From an uncultured Chlorobiaceae bacterium (lineage in GTDB: Bacteria > Bacteroidota > Chlorobiia > Chlorobiales > Chlorobiaceae), in the NCBI GenBank assembly GCA_903836465.1, contig CAILRB010000044.1:3816-67815 (forward strand): a stretch of DNA of 64,000 nucleotides, in the 5' to 3' direction. The notes under the pieces are model-generated. The model had not been told where the DNA came from. It did not search any database and saw only the letters and a program-made list of their open reading frames with translations. Made by a program: the position numbers and the translations under genes. Positions 9,551 to 18,488 of this stretch are shown here, piece by piece; the stretch's first letter is position 1, and every line of letters starts with the position of its first letter.

Positions 9551-9937
9551 ATGAAAAGCTTTATTACTGCAATCAACAATGGGGAGCACGGGTTTGTTAT
9601 CAAAAACTCTGTTTTTTTACCGTTTCATTGTGAAATCATCAGCATCTGGATTGGGAAGGAGATGTCGTTCATATCAACACCTGACGTCATTACTGATCTT
9701 GGTGATCCTGGTGTTCTCCTGATCAGAGAGGGGGAATCCTACACCAATCTTGTTTTCAGAAAATGGAATGATCTTCCGAAAGAGCTTGGTCACCATAGCG
9801 GGCATATCATTCTGCATGCGACCGAAAAAGGGGCAAATATTTTCAGCAAAGAGAACCTGCACTACATCCGGATTGGTGTTCATGACCATACAAAAGAGCT
9901 TTCTCTGGAAATTATTGATAACCCATTTGACCTGTGA
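9551..9937 (+). CDS. Hypothetical protein
   Basis: Open 128-codon frame (probable ATG at 9551, MKSFITAINNG) filling the gap between the antiporter and moaA. Confidence 0.7.
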   Translation: MKSFITAINNGEHGFVIKNSVFLPFHCEIISIWIGKEMSFISTPDVITDLGDPGVLLIREGESYTNLVFRKWNDLPKELGHHSGHIILHATEKGANIFSKENLHYIRIGVHDHTKELSLEIIDNPFDL

Positions 9938-10002
9938 TTATTCCGCCCCCCATCACTACTTGTTTCAACTTTTTTGTTGACTCTATCATACGATAGTCTT
10001 TA

Positions 10003-10998
10003 TTACCCTCCTATCTCGGACATGCTTGTTCTGCCGGAGTCTTTGGAAGAGTGCTTTCCGTCCAGGGGTTTCTGGGCCACTGCTTTTCGGAACAGATCGG
10101 CGATCGATTTGTGGCTGGCATTGCTGCGGAGAAGTGGCAACAACTTCATCCCCTTTTGGTCATAAAGACAACTGATGATGGTACCGTCGGAGGTAAGACG
10201 GATCTTGTTGCACTGGCTGCAGAAATTTCGTGTAAATGCAGGAATAATCGCAATTGAGCCCTTATGATCAGGCAAGAGATAGCTAAAATACTGGGTTGAG
10301 TGGCCTTTGATAGTCTGAAGCCCGGAATAATTACTTTTCAGGAACTCCTGAATTTTATCGGCGCTGAAAAATTTTCCGGTGCGCCAGATTTGATGGTCGT
10401 CAAACGGTTGCAGCTCCAGAAATCGAACGGTGACGGCGTGCTCTCTGGTCAAATCAACAAATCGCAAAATCTCATCGCTATTGATGTCGCGCATCAGCAC
10501 AACGTTGAGCTTTATGGGAATAACGGTCGTTGCAAGAAGGTTGTCGAGGTTATGGCGCACTCGACTATAGGCATCTCTTCTTGTTATCGTATGATATCGT
10601 TCACGATCAAGGGTGTCAATGCTGAAATTGAGGGCGTCGAGACCTGCATCAACAAGAGCGGGAAGAAAACTGTCGAGCAGAAGACCGTTGGTTGTCAGGT
10701 TTACCGTTTTTATGCCTGCAATTTTTTTGGCTTCACGAACCAATTCTACAATATCCGTGCGCAGAAGAGGTTCCCCTCCGGTAAAGCGCACCTTTGTGAC
10801 TCCAAGAGTGGCAAGCACCTTGATGATGGTCATAATCTCCTGCTTGCTCAGTTGAGAGTGAGCATCAGTACTTTCTTGATGCGCCTCGCTCATGCAGTAG
10901 GAGCATCTCAGGTTGCAGCGCGAAGTGACGGCTATACGGACATAATCTATAGGTCGGTGAAACGTATCGACAAGGAAACCCTGGAAGGGACTGCTCAT
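10003..10998 (-). CDS. moaA: GTP 3',8-cyclase (molybdopterin biosynthesis)
   Basis: Radical SAM CNLRCSYC, RFTGGEPLLR, C-terminal cluster FCSQCNKIRLTSDG...CL, ends with MSEIGG. Confidence 0.95.
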   Translation of the reverse strand: MSSPFQGFLVDTFHRPIDYVRIAVTSRCNLRCSYCMSEAHQESTDAHSQLSKQEIMTIIKVLATLGVTKVRFTGGEPLLRTDIVELVREAKKIAGIKTVNLTTNGLLLDSFLPALVDAGLDALNFSIDTLDRERYHTITRRDAYSRVRHNLDNLLATTVIPIKLNVVLMRDINSDEILRFVDLTREHAVTVRFLELQPFDDHQIWRTGKFFSADKIQEFLKSNYSGLQTIKGHSTQYFSYLLPDHKGSIAIIPAFTRNFCSQCNKIRLTSDGTIISCLYDQKGMKLLPLLRSNASHKSIADLFRKAVAQKPLDGKHSSKDSGRTSMSEIGG

Positions 10999-11317
10999 GC
11001 TGCAAAAAAGGGCAAAAAAAGTGTTATGGAGAAAAAGACGCTGCTTTTTTTTTGAGCCTGCGCCTTCTCCAATATAACAAGCATTACCAACAGTTACTTT
11101 GTGGTAAAATGTTTTACGATTGGATGGTTCATAATATGATTTCTTTTTGGATGACTACTTAAGCCTTTGCCCGGTTTTTTTCCTTTGGCCGTAATCATGT
11201 ATCTTGTTGTCATAAGTTTCAATTTCTGAAAAGCTTCAAGAGGCGCATCATGCCCACTCGTTTTCAGGGATTTCACTAACGAATAGGTTCTATGACCACT
11301 TCGGGAGGAGTTGGCGA

Positions 11318-12127
11318 ATGACATGCAACAAAGAGCTCATCGGCCTTGAAGGCTCAGTCTGGTTTCAGAAGGCCGAGAACAGGTTTCTCGGAGGCGACCG
11401 GATTGCATTACTGGAAAAAATCGATGAGCTTGGCTCAATCAGCAGCGCTGCAAAAGCTGTCGGCATCAGCTACAAAACGGCATGGCATTTGGTCAACATG
11501 ATGAATAATCTATCCGAACAGCCTCTGGTTGACCGCGTAACAGGCGGAAAAGGTGGGGGGGGGACCCTGTTGACCAAAGAGGGGAAAAAAGTTATCGAAC
11601 AGTTCCGTGTTGTTCAGGAAGAGCACCGGAAGTTTCTTGAGAATCTGGGAGATCGTCTCGGAGAGAGCAATCATCTTTATCAATTTCTTAAAAGAATAGC
11701 TATGAAAATCAGTGCACGCAACATTTTTTCCGGTACGGTGGAAAAAATCATCAAGGGAGCAGTTAATTCTGAAGTTGTCCTTCTGCTCAATGGAGGAAGC
11801 CGTATTGTCGCCATTATCACCAATGGTTCGGTTGATAATCTGGGACTTAAGGAAGGCTTGAATGCTTATGCCATCATCAAGGCAAGCTCAATTATTATAG
11901 GCCAGGAGCTGCACGAGGCAAAAATAAGTACACGCAATATTTTGCCAGGCATAATCAGCAAGCTTATTGAAGGACCGGTCAGTACTGAAGTTGATGTGGA
12001 AATTGGTGGCGGGAATGTCATTTCTGCTGTTATTACCCATGGCAGTTCAGAAAAAATGTCATTGAAAGAGGGCGACCATGCCTGCGCAGCATTCAAGGCC
12101 TCAAGCGTCATCATCGGGATAAGCTGA
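11318..12127 (+). CDS. modE: Molybdate-responsive regulator (winged HTH plus two TOBE/Mop domains)
   Basis: GSISSAAKAVGISYKTAW, GGKGGGGT, and two KISARNIF/KISTRNIL...IKASSI TOBE repeats. Confidence 0.92.
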   Translation: MTCNKELIGLEGSVWFQKAENRFLGGDRIALLEKIDELGSISSAAKAVGISYKTAWHLVNMMNNLSEQPLVDRVTGGKGGGGTLLTKEGKKVIEQFRVVQEEHRKFLENLGDRLGESNHLYQFLKRIAMKISARNIFSGTVEKIIKGAVNSEVVLLLNGGSRIVAIITNGSVDNLGLKEGLNAYAIIKASSIIIGQELHEAKISTRNILPGIISKLIEGPVSTEVDVEIGGGNVISAVITHGSSEKMSLKEGDHACAAFKASSVIIGIS

Positions 12128-12184
12128 GCACGCATAAATCTTAAAAAGATTCAAGATTTTTTTTGGAAATTTGCAGAAATATGG

Positions 12185-12198
12185 TTAACAATCGTTAA
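12185..12198. promoter_or_regulatory. TTAAC-N4-GTTAA palindrome (candidate CRP/FNR-family site)
   Basis: TTAACAATCGTTAA, 24 nt upstream of the leader ATG; a near-identical copy lies at 24621. Confidence 0.45.
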
Positions 12199-12222
12199 TG
12201 CTTAACCGAAAACATTTGACTT

Positions 12223-12303
12223 ATGAATTCAGGAACTTCTAAAACTTTCACGACGTGCTGCTGCTGTTGCCGATGGTCACACCATTCTGACACAGGAATA
12301 TAG
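12223..12303 (+). CDS. Poly-cysteine leader peptide (26 aa)
   Basis: Hand translation: MNSGTSKTFTTCCCCCRWSHHSDTGI*; codons TGC TGC TGC TGT TGC at 12256-12270. Too short for the ORF track. Confidence 0.85.
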   Translation: MNSGTSKTFTTCCCCCRWSHHSDTGI

Positions 12304-12351
12304 GGGAAGAAGATAGTTACTCATATCATTTCATGAAGTACCAAGTCTTGC

Positions 12352-12383
12352 AACCGGCTCTGAGTGTCAGAGTCGGTTTTTTT
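12352..12383 (+). terminator. Attenuator intrinsic terminator
   Basis: AACCGGCTCTGA-gtg-TCAGAGTCGGTT stem (one G-U pair) followed by a T-run ending at 12383, located before the first structural gene. Confidence 0.85.
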
Positions 12384-12420
12384 ATTTTTAATTAGATTAT
12401 CAACAATAAACTTATAACTC

Positions 12421-12894
12421 ATGTCAACAAGAGCAACAACAACATGCACAGGCATACCATTACCAATAGTCAAACTGAATCGTATAGTTTTGCTCATTGG
12501 CATCATTGCCGCCATTGTGTTCCAGCAACCAATGGTGACCACCGCACTTTTTGTTATAATTCTTTCCGCTGTAGTTTTTGGTAAAAACGGCAGCCTTATT
12601 TTTTTCATCGGCTCACGCCTTTTTGCCAAGCAAAACATGACTGCTGAAAGTGAAGATCCGAGACTCATGCGATTCAACAACTCTATTGCGACTATTCTGC
12701 TCGGAGGAGCCCAGATCGCCTTCCTTTCAGGCAAACCTCTTGTCGGCTGGATCCTTTCCGGGATGGTTGCTGTTGCAGCCACCATAGCGCTTGCAGGCTT
12801 CTGCTTCGGTTGCTTCCTGTTCTACCAGTTCAAGCTGCAACGCTTCAAGCTTTTTGGAAACAGGGCGCAGATCAACGAACAAAAAACTGCCTAA
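12421..12894 (+). CDS. DUF4395-like membrane protein
   Basis: Four hydrophobic segments, EDPRLMRFNN and the C-terminal LAGFCFGC motif characteristic of DUF4395. Confidence 0.8.
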   Translation: MSTRATTTCTGIPLPIVKLNRIVLLIGIIAAIVFQQPMVTTALFVIILSAVVFGKNGSLIFFIGSRLFAKQNMTAESEDPRLMRFNNSIATILLGGAQIAFLSGKPLVGWILSGMVAVAATIALAGFCFGCFLFYQFKLQRFKLFGNRAQINEQKTA

Positions 12895-12937
12895 AATTTA
12901 TCGTAAACATCACCAATTAATAAAGGAGAGTATGTAA

Positions 12938-14239
12938 ATGAGTTCAGAAAACTATCGCTTTGAAACGCTTGCCCTGCACGCAGGCCAGCCTGTTGACGCA
13001 ACACTCTCGCGTGGAGTGCCGGTTTACCGCACCACCTCCTATCTTTTCAAGAGCACCGAACATGCAGCAAACCTTTTTGCACTGAAGGAGCTTGGCAATA
13101 TCTATACCCGGCTGATGAACCCCACAACCGATACTTTGGAGCAGCGGGTCACTCAGCTTGAAGGGGGCGCAGCCTCGGTTGCTGTCGCTTCGGGCACTGC
13201 CGCAATTTTTAATACGATCATTACTCTCGCAGAAGCAGGCGACAACATCGTTTCTGCCAACAACCTTTACGGCGGAACCTACACCCAGTTCGATGCCATC
13301 CTTCCGAAATTTGGCATCAACGTCACCTTTGTTGATCCCAAAGATCCTGCCAATTTTGAAAAGGCAATAACAGAAAAAACAAGAGCTCTTTTCATTGAAA
13401 CCATCGGCAATCCGGTTCTTGACTATACTGATGTCAAGGCCATTGCCGAGGTAGCACACCGTAACGGCTTGCCGCTGATTGTCGATGCCACCTTCACCAC
13501 TCCTTACCTGCTTAAAACGATTGACCTTGGAGCTGATATTGTGATCAACTCCCTCACTAAATGGCTTGGCGGCCATGGCGCAGGAATAGGCGGCATTATT
13601 ACTGATGCCGGACGTTTCAACTGGAATGGGGGACGCCACCCGCTCTTTACCGAGGCAGACAATAATTACCACGGTCTACGCTGGGCCATTGACCTTCCGG
13701 AACCTCTTGCTCCAATAGCATTCGCCCTCCGCTTCCGCACGGTGCCACTGAGGAATCTCGGTGCTTGCATTGCGCCTGACAATTCATGGATACTGCTGCA
13801 AGGCATTGAAACTCTCCCTGTCAGGATGGCCCGTCATTCAGAAAATGCACTCAAGGTTGCCGAACATCTTGCAAAACACCCCGGAGTTGCATGGGTTCGT
13901 TATCCCGGTCTGAAAAATGACCCCTCTTACCCTAAAGCTTCAAAAGATTTGAAGAACGGGTTTGGCGGCATGGTTGTCTTTGGAGTAAAGGGTGGTTACG
14001 ATGCTGCCGTGGAGATTATCGACAACATCAAACTCTTCTCACACCTGGCCAATGTTGGCGATGCCAAGAGCCTGATCCTCCATCCGGCAAGCACCTCGCA
14101 CAGCCAGTTGACCGAAGAACAACAACTGCAGAGTGGTCTTTCACCTGACCTGATACGCCTCTCCATCGGCCTTGAACATCCTGACGACCTGATCGAAGCC
14201 CTTGATGAGGCGCTTCAGAGAGTGGCAACAAAACCGTAA
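12938..14239 (+). CDS. metY: O-acetylhomoserine aminocarboxypropyltransferase / OAH-OAS sulfhydrylase
   Basis: FETLALHAG, GNIYTRLMNPT, PLP lysine SLTKWLGGHG, HLANVGDAKSLILHPASTSH. Confidence 0.92.
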   Translation: MSSENYRFETLALHAGQPVDATLSRGVPVYRTTSYLFKSTEHAANLFALKELGNIYTRLMNPTTDTLEQRVTQLEGGAASVAVASGTAAIFNTIITLAEAGDNIVSANNLYGGTYTQFDAILPKFGINVTFVDPKDPANFEKAITEKTRALFIETIGNPVLDYTDVKAIAEVAHRNGLPLIVDATFTTPYLLKTIDLGADIVINSLTKWLGGHGAGIGGIITDAGRFNWNGGRHPLFTEADNNYHGLRWAIDLPEPLAPIAFALRFRTVPLRNLGACIAPDNSWILLQGIETLPVRMARHSENALKVAEHLAKHPGVAWVRYPGLKNDPSYPKASKDLKNGFGGMVVFGVKGGYDAAVEIIDNIKLFSHLANVGDAKSLILHPASTSHSQLTEEQQLQSGLSPDLIRLSIGLEHPDDLIEALDEALQRVATKP

Positions 14240-14241
14240 CC

Positions 14242-14895
14242 ATGAAAAACGAATACAAGAACATTTCTGTCATTCTTGCTGATACCCAGTATTTAACCAA
14301 TGAAGCGATACACGCCATGTTGAGGCCCCTTTTCCATACCTTCTATACCGTATCGACAAAGGCCGATCTGCAAGAGTATCTGCAAAAGGAGACCATCTCG
14401 CTCATCATCACCGATGATCTCCTTTTCGATTTTGATTCAATCAATGATCTTGCTGATCTGAGAAAAAAGCACCAGGAGACAGGAATCGTTGTGTTGACAA
14501 ACTCCTTGACAAATGTAAAAATCAAGGAATTAAATGATATCGGCATCAGAAATATTGCACTGAAAACCGATGATCGCGAAGAGATTTTTCATGCTGTTGA
14601 CGCTGCACTGAAAGGAAAGAAATATTATTCTGGAAATGTTCTGGATATCCTTTTGAAAAAAGAGACCCCTTATGAAGATGCCAGTATTCTGACCTCTTCA
14701 GAAATCGAAATAGTTCGCATGATTTCCGGCGGTTTGTCAACAAAAGAAATTGCTACAAAACGGCATATCAGTTTTCATACCGTCATGACTCACAGAAAAA
14801 ACATTTTTCGCAAACTCGGCGTTTCAAGCAGTCCGGAACTGCTCATGTATGCCATAAAAGCGGGATTGATCGACAATATTGAATACCATATCTGA
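14242..14895 (+). CDS. NarL/LuxR-family response regulator
   Basis: REC-like N-terminus (ILAD, IITDD, VLTN, ALK) and LuxR HTH LTSSEIEIVRMISGGLSTKEIA...TVMTHRKNIFRKLGV. Confidence 0.9.
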   Translation: MKNEYKNISVILADTQYLTNEAIHAMLRPLFHTFYTVSTKADLQEYLQKETISLIITDDLLFDFDSINDLADLRKKHQETGIVVLTNSLTNVKIKELNDIGIRNIALKTDDREEIFHAVDAALKGKKYYSGNVLDILLKKETPYEDASILTSSEIEIVRMISGGLSTKEIATKRHISFHTVMTHRKNIFRKLGVSSSPELLMYAIKAGLIDNIEYHI

Positions 14896-14897
14896 CC

Positions 14898-14945
14898 ATA
14901 CCCTGTTTATGGTATATCAGATGCCTGTTTAACGGGATTTATAAT
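14898..14945 (+). promoter_or_regulatory. Candidate cysK promoter with two 18-bp quasi-palindromes and a TATAAT -10
   Basis: ATACC-CTGTTTAT-GGTAT (14898-14915), ATGCC-TGTTTAAC-GGGAT (14921-14938), TATAAT at 14940-14945. Confidence 0.45.
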
Positions 14946-15001
14946 TATGTATTTATTAACGATGTTGAAGGTCATTACAACCACCTAAACAATCAACAGC
15001 T

Positions 15002-15955
15002 ATGGGACGTATTGCAAAAAAATTGACCGATCTTATCGGAAACACACCTCTTCTTGAGCTTGGAAATTTCAATCGTGAACATGATGCCCTGGGCACGATT
15101 ATTGCGAAACTTGAATACTTTAACCCTGGGGGAAGTGTCAAAGACCGTATTGGTTTTTCAATGATCGACAAGGCTGAAAAAGAGGGCTTGCTGAATAAAG
15201 AGAGCATCATCATTGAGCCGACAAGCGGCAATACCGGTATTGCCCTGGCGTTTATCGCTGCAGCGAAAGGATACCGCCTGATACTCACCATGCCTGAAAC
15301 CATGAGTCTCGAACGCAGGAATCTGCTCAAGGCGCTTGGCGCAGAGCTGGTGCTGACACCTGGCCCTGAAGGAATGGTCGGAGCCATCAGAACTGCCGAT
15401 GAACTGCACTCGGAATATCCAAATTCTTTTGTTCCGCAACAGTTCAAAAACCTTGCAAATCCTGAAATTCATCGCAAAACAACGGCAGAAGAGATCTGGA
15501 ATGATACTGACGGAAAGGTTGATTTCTTTGTCAGCGGGGTAGGCACGGGCGGTACGATAACCGGTGTTGGTGAGGTACTCAAAGCGCGGAACCCTGAGGT
15601 AAAAATTGTTGCTGTTGAACCATTCGATTCACAGGTTATTGCCGGCGGTAAACCTGGACCACACAAAATACAGGGTATCGGCGCCGGTTTTGTGCCGGAT
15701 ATTCTTAACACCTCCATTATCGATGAAATTATCCCGGTTAAAAATGAAGATGCCCTTCGTACCGGCCGAAAACTGGCCAAAACCGAAGGACTTATTGTGG
15801 GTATTTCTTCCGGCGCAGCCGTTTATGCCGCTTTACAGCTTGCACTGCGTGAGGAAAACAAGGGCAAACGAATTGTCGTCATCCTGCCGGATACCGGAGA
15901 GCGGTACCTCTCCACGCTGCTCTACCAGTTTGACAGTGAACCAGTCAATATTTGA
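15002..15955 (+). CDS. cysK: Cysteine synthase A
   Basis: [41 protein letters not shown]. Confidence 0.97.
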   Translation: MGRIAKKLTDLIGNTPLLELGNFNREHDALGTIIAKLEYFNPGGSVKDRIGFSMIDKAEKEGLLNKESIIIEPTSGNTGIALAFIAAAKGYRLILTMPETMSLERRNLLKALGAELVLTPGPEGMVGAIRTADELHSEYPNSFVPQQFKNLANPEIHRKTTAEEIWNDTDGKVDFFVSGVGTGGTITGVGEVLKARNPEVKIVAVEPFDSQVIAGGKPGPHKIQGIGAGFVPDILNTSIIDEIIPVKNEDALRTGRKLAKTEGLIVGISSGAAVYAALQLALREENKGKRIVVILPDTGERYLSTLLYQFDSEPVNI

Positions 15956-16006
15956 ACATAATTTTATCAATACGGAGCACCATCCGACAGAGGGAGATTA
16001 TTACTA

Positions 16007-16921
16007 ATGCAGACCAACAACGGCGATATCATTGAAGAGGCGATCAAGCTTTTATCGAGCCCTGCTGATGATAGTGAAGGTGACTATTCCGGGCAGCACG
16101 AATATCTGCTGCCCTCTATTGAAAAGCTCAAAGAGATTGTCGAACTCCTCAGGTCAATACTCTTTCCTGGGTATTTCGGCGGACCCGTATTGCGTCGCCA
16201 GTCGCTTCAACATTTTCTCGGTGTCAGGGTTGAAAAACTTTACGGATTGCTTGCTGAACAGATTCTCAGCGTTCAGCATTTCGACATAGAAAACAACAGT
16301 GCTGCCAATGCTTCAGAAAAAGCCGCCGAAGTTACCCGCCAGTTCATCGGAATTCTTTCGGAGATCAGGAAGAAATTATGGACTGACGTCAAGGCCATCT
16401 ACGACGGAGACCCGGCGGCAAAAAACTATGGTGAGATCATCTTCTGCTACCCTTCCATCAGGGCAATGGTCAACTACCGCTCAGCTCACACCCTGCTGTC
16501 GCTTGGCGTGCCCCTGATTCCGAGAATTATTACTGAAATGGCCCATTCGGAAACCGGGATTGACATTCATCCCGGCGCTCACATCGGAGACTATTTTTCA
16601 ATTGATCATGGCACCGGTGTCGTCATCGGTGAAACCTGCATTATCGGCAGCCACGTCCGACTCTACCAGGGAGTCACCCTTGGCGCAAAGAAGTTTGCTC
16701 TCGATGAACACGGCAACCCGGTCAAGAATCTGCCGCGCCACCCAATTATTGAGGATAACGTCGTCATTTACTCAAACGCCAATATTCTTGGCAGAATAAC
16801 CATCGGCAAAAACTCTGTTATCGGTGGCAACGTGTGGCAGACAAAAAGCGTACCGCCCAATTCAAGAGTTTTGCAGCAGATCGCCGTTGAAAGCAGTTTT
16901 ACCGACGGCCTCGGCATTTGA
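16007..16921 (+). CDS. cysE: Serine O-acetyltransferase (EpsC/SrpH-like long form)
   Basis: GDPAA, GIDIHPGAHIG...IDHGTGVVIGET hexapeptide repeats, LYQGVTLG, RHPII. Confidence 0.93.
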   Translation: MQTNNGDIIEEAIKLLSSPADDSEGDYSGQHEYLLPSIEKLKEIVELLRSILFPGYFGGPVLRRQSLQHFLGVRVEKLYGLLAEQILSVQHFDIENNSAANASEKAAEVTRQFIGILSEIRKKLWTDVKAIYDGDPAAKNYGEIIFCYPSIRAMVNYRSAHTLLSLGVPLIPRIITEMAHSETGIDIHPGAHIGDYFSIDHGTGVVIGETCIIGSHVRLYQGVTLGAKKFALDEHGNPVKNLPRHPIIEDNVVIYSNANILGRITIGKNSVIGGNVWQTKSVPPNSRVLQQIAVESSFTDGLGI

Positions 16922-16964
16922 AAGATCACGTTAATTGTTCACCTTTAAACCATTGAATTAACCC

Positions 16965-18419
16965 ATGAACGCACAACCCGAATCAAACAGTTATCTCCAG
17001 CGCAGCGTGACAACCCATGTGGCGAGAAATCTGGCCAATACGACCAAGACTCCTCCCCAGATGAACTCCATAACCCCGAGGTGGCTCCTGAAGCTGCTCC
17101 CGTGGGTTCACGTCTCTTCTGGTACCTATCGCGTTAACCGGACAAAAATTGAGCTCCAGAAACCCGAACGTATCGGCATCGATTTTCATGACGGCGTTGC
17201 CTCGTTCAGGCCTGATGCGCTGAAAAGCATTCCGCTGTTTGCATCATTTGACAACGAAGTTATTGGTCAGATTGCAAAAAAGTTTGTGCTTGAAGAGGCC
17301 GAACTTGGCAACACGCTTATTCTTGAAGGCGAAGAGCGCCATAAAATCTTCATTATAGCACACGGGCAGGTTGAAATTTTAAGCAAGGGACTTCATGGAG
17401 AGGATCTCCGTATCGCCCTGCTTTCGGAAGGAGAATATTTCGGTGAAGAGGAGCTTGTTTCAGAGAAACCCTCCTCGGTCACTATCCGTACCATCACTCC
17501 AGGCTCGTTTTTTTCCTTATCCAGCGTTGATATCGAAAAGCTGTTCAGGGAATCGCCATCATTGAAAGAGTCATTTCAGAATACGGTTGAAGAGTACCTC
17601 AAAATACGCTCTACCGTCAACAAACACGGTGAAAAACATATTGACCTTATTGCCGGATTCGAGGAAAATGTCGAAATCCCGGAAACCTATGTTGATTACT
17701 CAAACAAACCGCGCGAATACTCGCTGCAGGCCATACAGACTGTCGTGCGCGTCCATACACGAGTCTCCGACCTCTACAACGAACCCTTCAACCAGATCGA
17801 GCAGCAGATGCGCCTGACGATCGAGGGCATCAAGGAGCGTCAGGAGTGGGAGTTCATCAACAACAGAGAGTTCGGCCTGCTCCACTCTGCCGACCCCGGA
17901 CAGCGCATCAGCACCCGCTACGGAACTCCGACCCCGGATGATCTTGACGATTTGCTTACCAAAGTATGGAAAAAACCGGCATTCTTTATTGCTCATCCCA
18001 AAGCAATTGCGGCCTTCGAACGCGAATGCACCTGGCGCGGCGTTCCTCCGCCGACGATCAACCTTTTTGGAACTCCAGTCCTGACCTGGCGCGGTGTTCC
18101 TCTTGTTCCATGCGACAAGCTTGAAATCAACAAAAACAGCAAATCCGGCCATGGCACAACCAATATCATCCTTGTTCGTGTCGGTGAAAATGAACAGGGT
18201 GTGGTTGGACTGCACCAGGCAGGGATCCCCGGAGAGATCAGTCCAAGCCTTTCTGCAAGACTGATGGGACTCGACAAACTCGGCGTCGCTTCCTACCTGC
18301 TGACCCTCTACTCATCACTGGCCGTACTGACTGATGATGCTCTCGCGATACTTGAAAATGTCGAAGTGGGCTACTATCACGATTACGAACATCGCACCTC
18401 CGGAACCAAAGTAAAATAA
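16965..18419 (+). CDS. Family 2B encapsulin shell protein (SrpI-like HK97 fold with inserted cNMP-binding domain)
   Basis: SrpI hallmarks ARNLANTTKTPPQM..ITPRWLLKLLPWV, DY..KPREY.L, RVHTRVSDLYN.P, ERQEWEFINN..FGLL, DDLDDLL.KVWKKP, WRGVPL.PCDKL, VGENEQGVVGL. cNMP domain at about aa 85-200 (IPLF...HGQVEI...GEYFGE). Confidence 0.93.
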   Translation: MNAQPESNSYLQRSVTTHVARNLANTTKTPPQMNSITPRWLLKLLPWVHVSSGTYRVNRTKIELQKPERIGIDFHDGVASFRPDALKSIPLFASFDNEVIGQIAKKFVLEEAELGNTLILEGEERHKIFIIAHGQVEILSKGLHGEDLRIALLSEGEYFGEEELVSEKPSSVTIRTITPGSFFSLSSVDIEKLFRESPSLKESFQNTVEEYLKIRSTVNKHGEKHIDLIAGFEENVEIPETYVDYSNKPREYSLQAIQTVVRVHTRVSDLYNEPFNQIEQQMRLTIEGIKERQEWEFINNREFGLLHSADPGQRISTRYGTPTPDDLDDLLTKVWKKPAFFIAHPKAIAAFERECTWRGVPPPTINLFGTPVLTWRGVPLVPCDKLEINKNSKSGHGTTNIILVRVGENEQGVVGLHQAGIPGEISPSLSARLMGLDKLGVASYLLTLYSSLAVLTDDALAILENVEVGYYHDYEHRTSGTKVK

Positions 18420-18439
18420 AAGAACTCTTTGACAACCCG

Positions 18440-18470
18440 TCATGGCAGGCTTTCAACGTGTCTGCCATGA
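18440..18470 (+). other. Intergenic stem-loop between the shell and cargo genes
   Basis: TCATGGCAGGC-tttcaacgt-GTCTGCCATGA, 11-bp stem (one G-U pair), no U-tract. Confidence 0.6.
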
Positions 18471-18488
18471 ATTCACAATTGTTATACT

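Noticed and set aside
10999-11317. ModE autoregulatory box between moaA and modE
   Set aside because: Only a half-site-like ATATAACAA (about 11072-11080) is present; there is no 11-6-11 palindrome.
12128-12420. SAM (S-box) riboswitch upstream of metY
   Set aside because: No ATC..GAG/GGCAAC/GTGC core; the region is better explained by the Cys leader-peptide attenuator.
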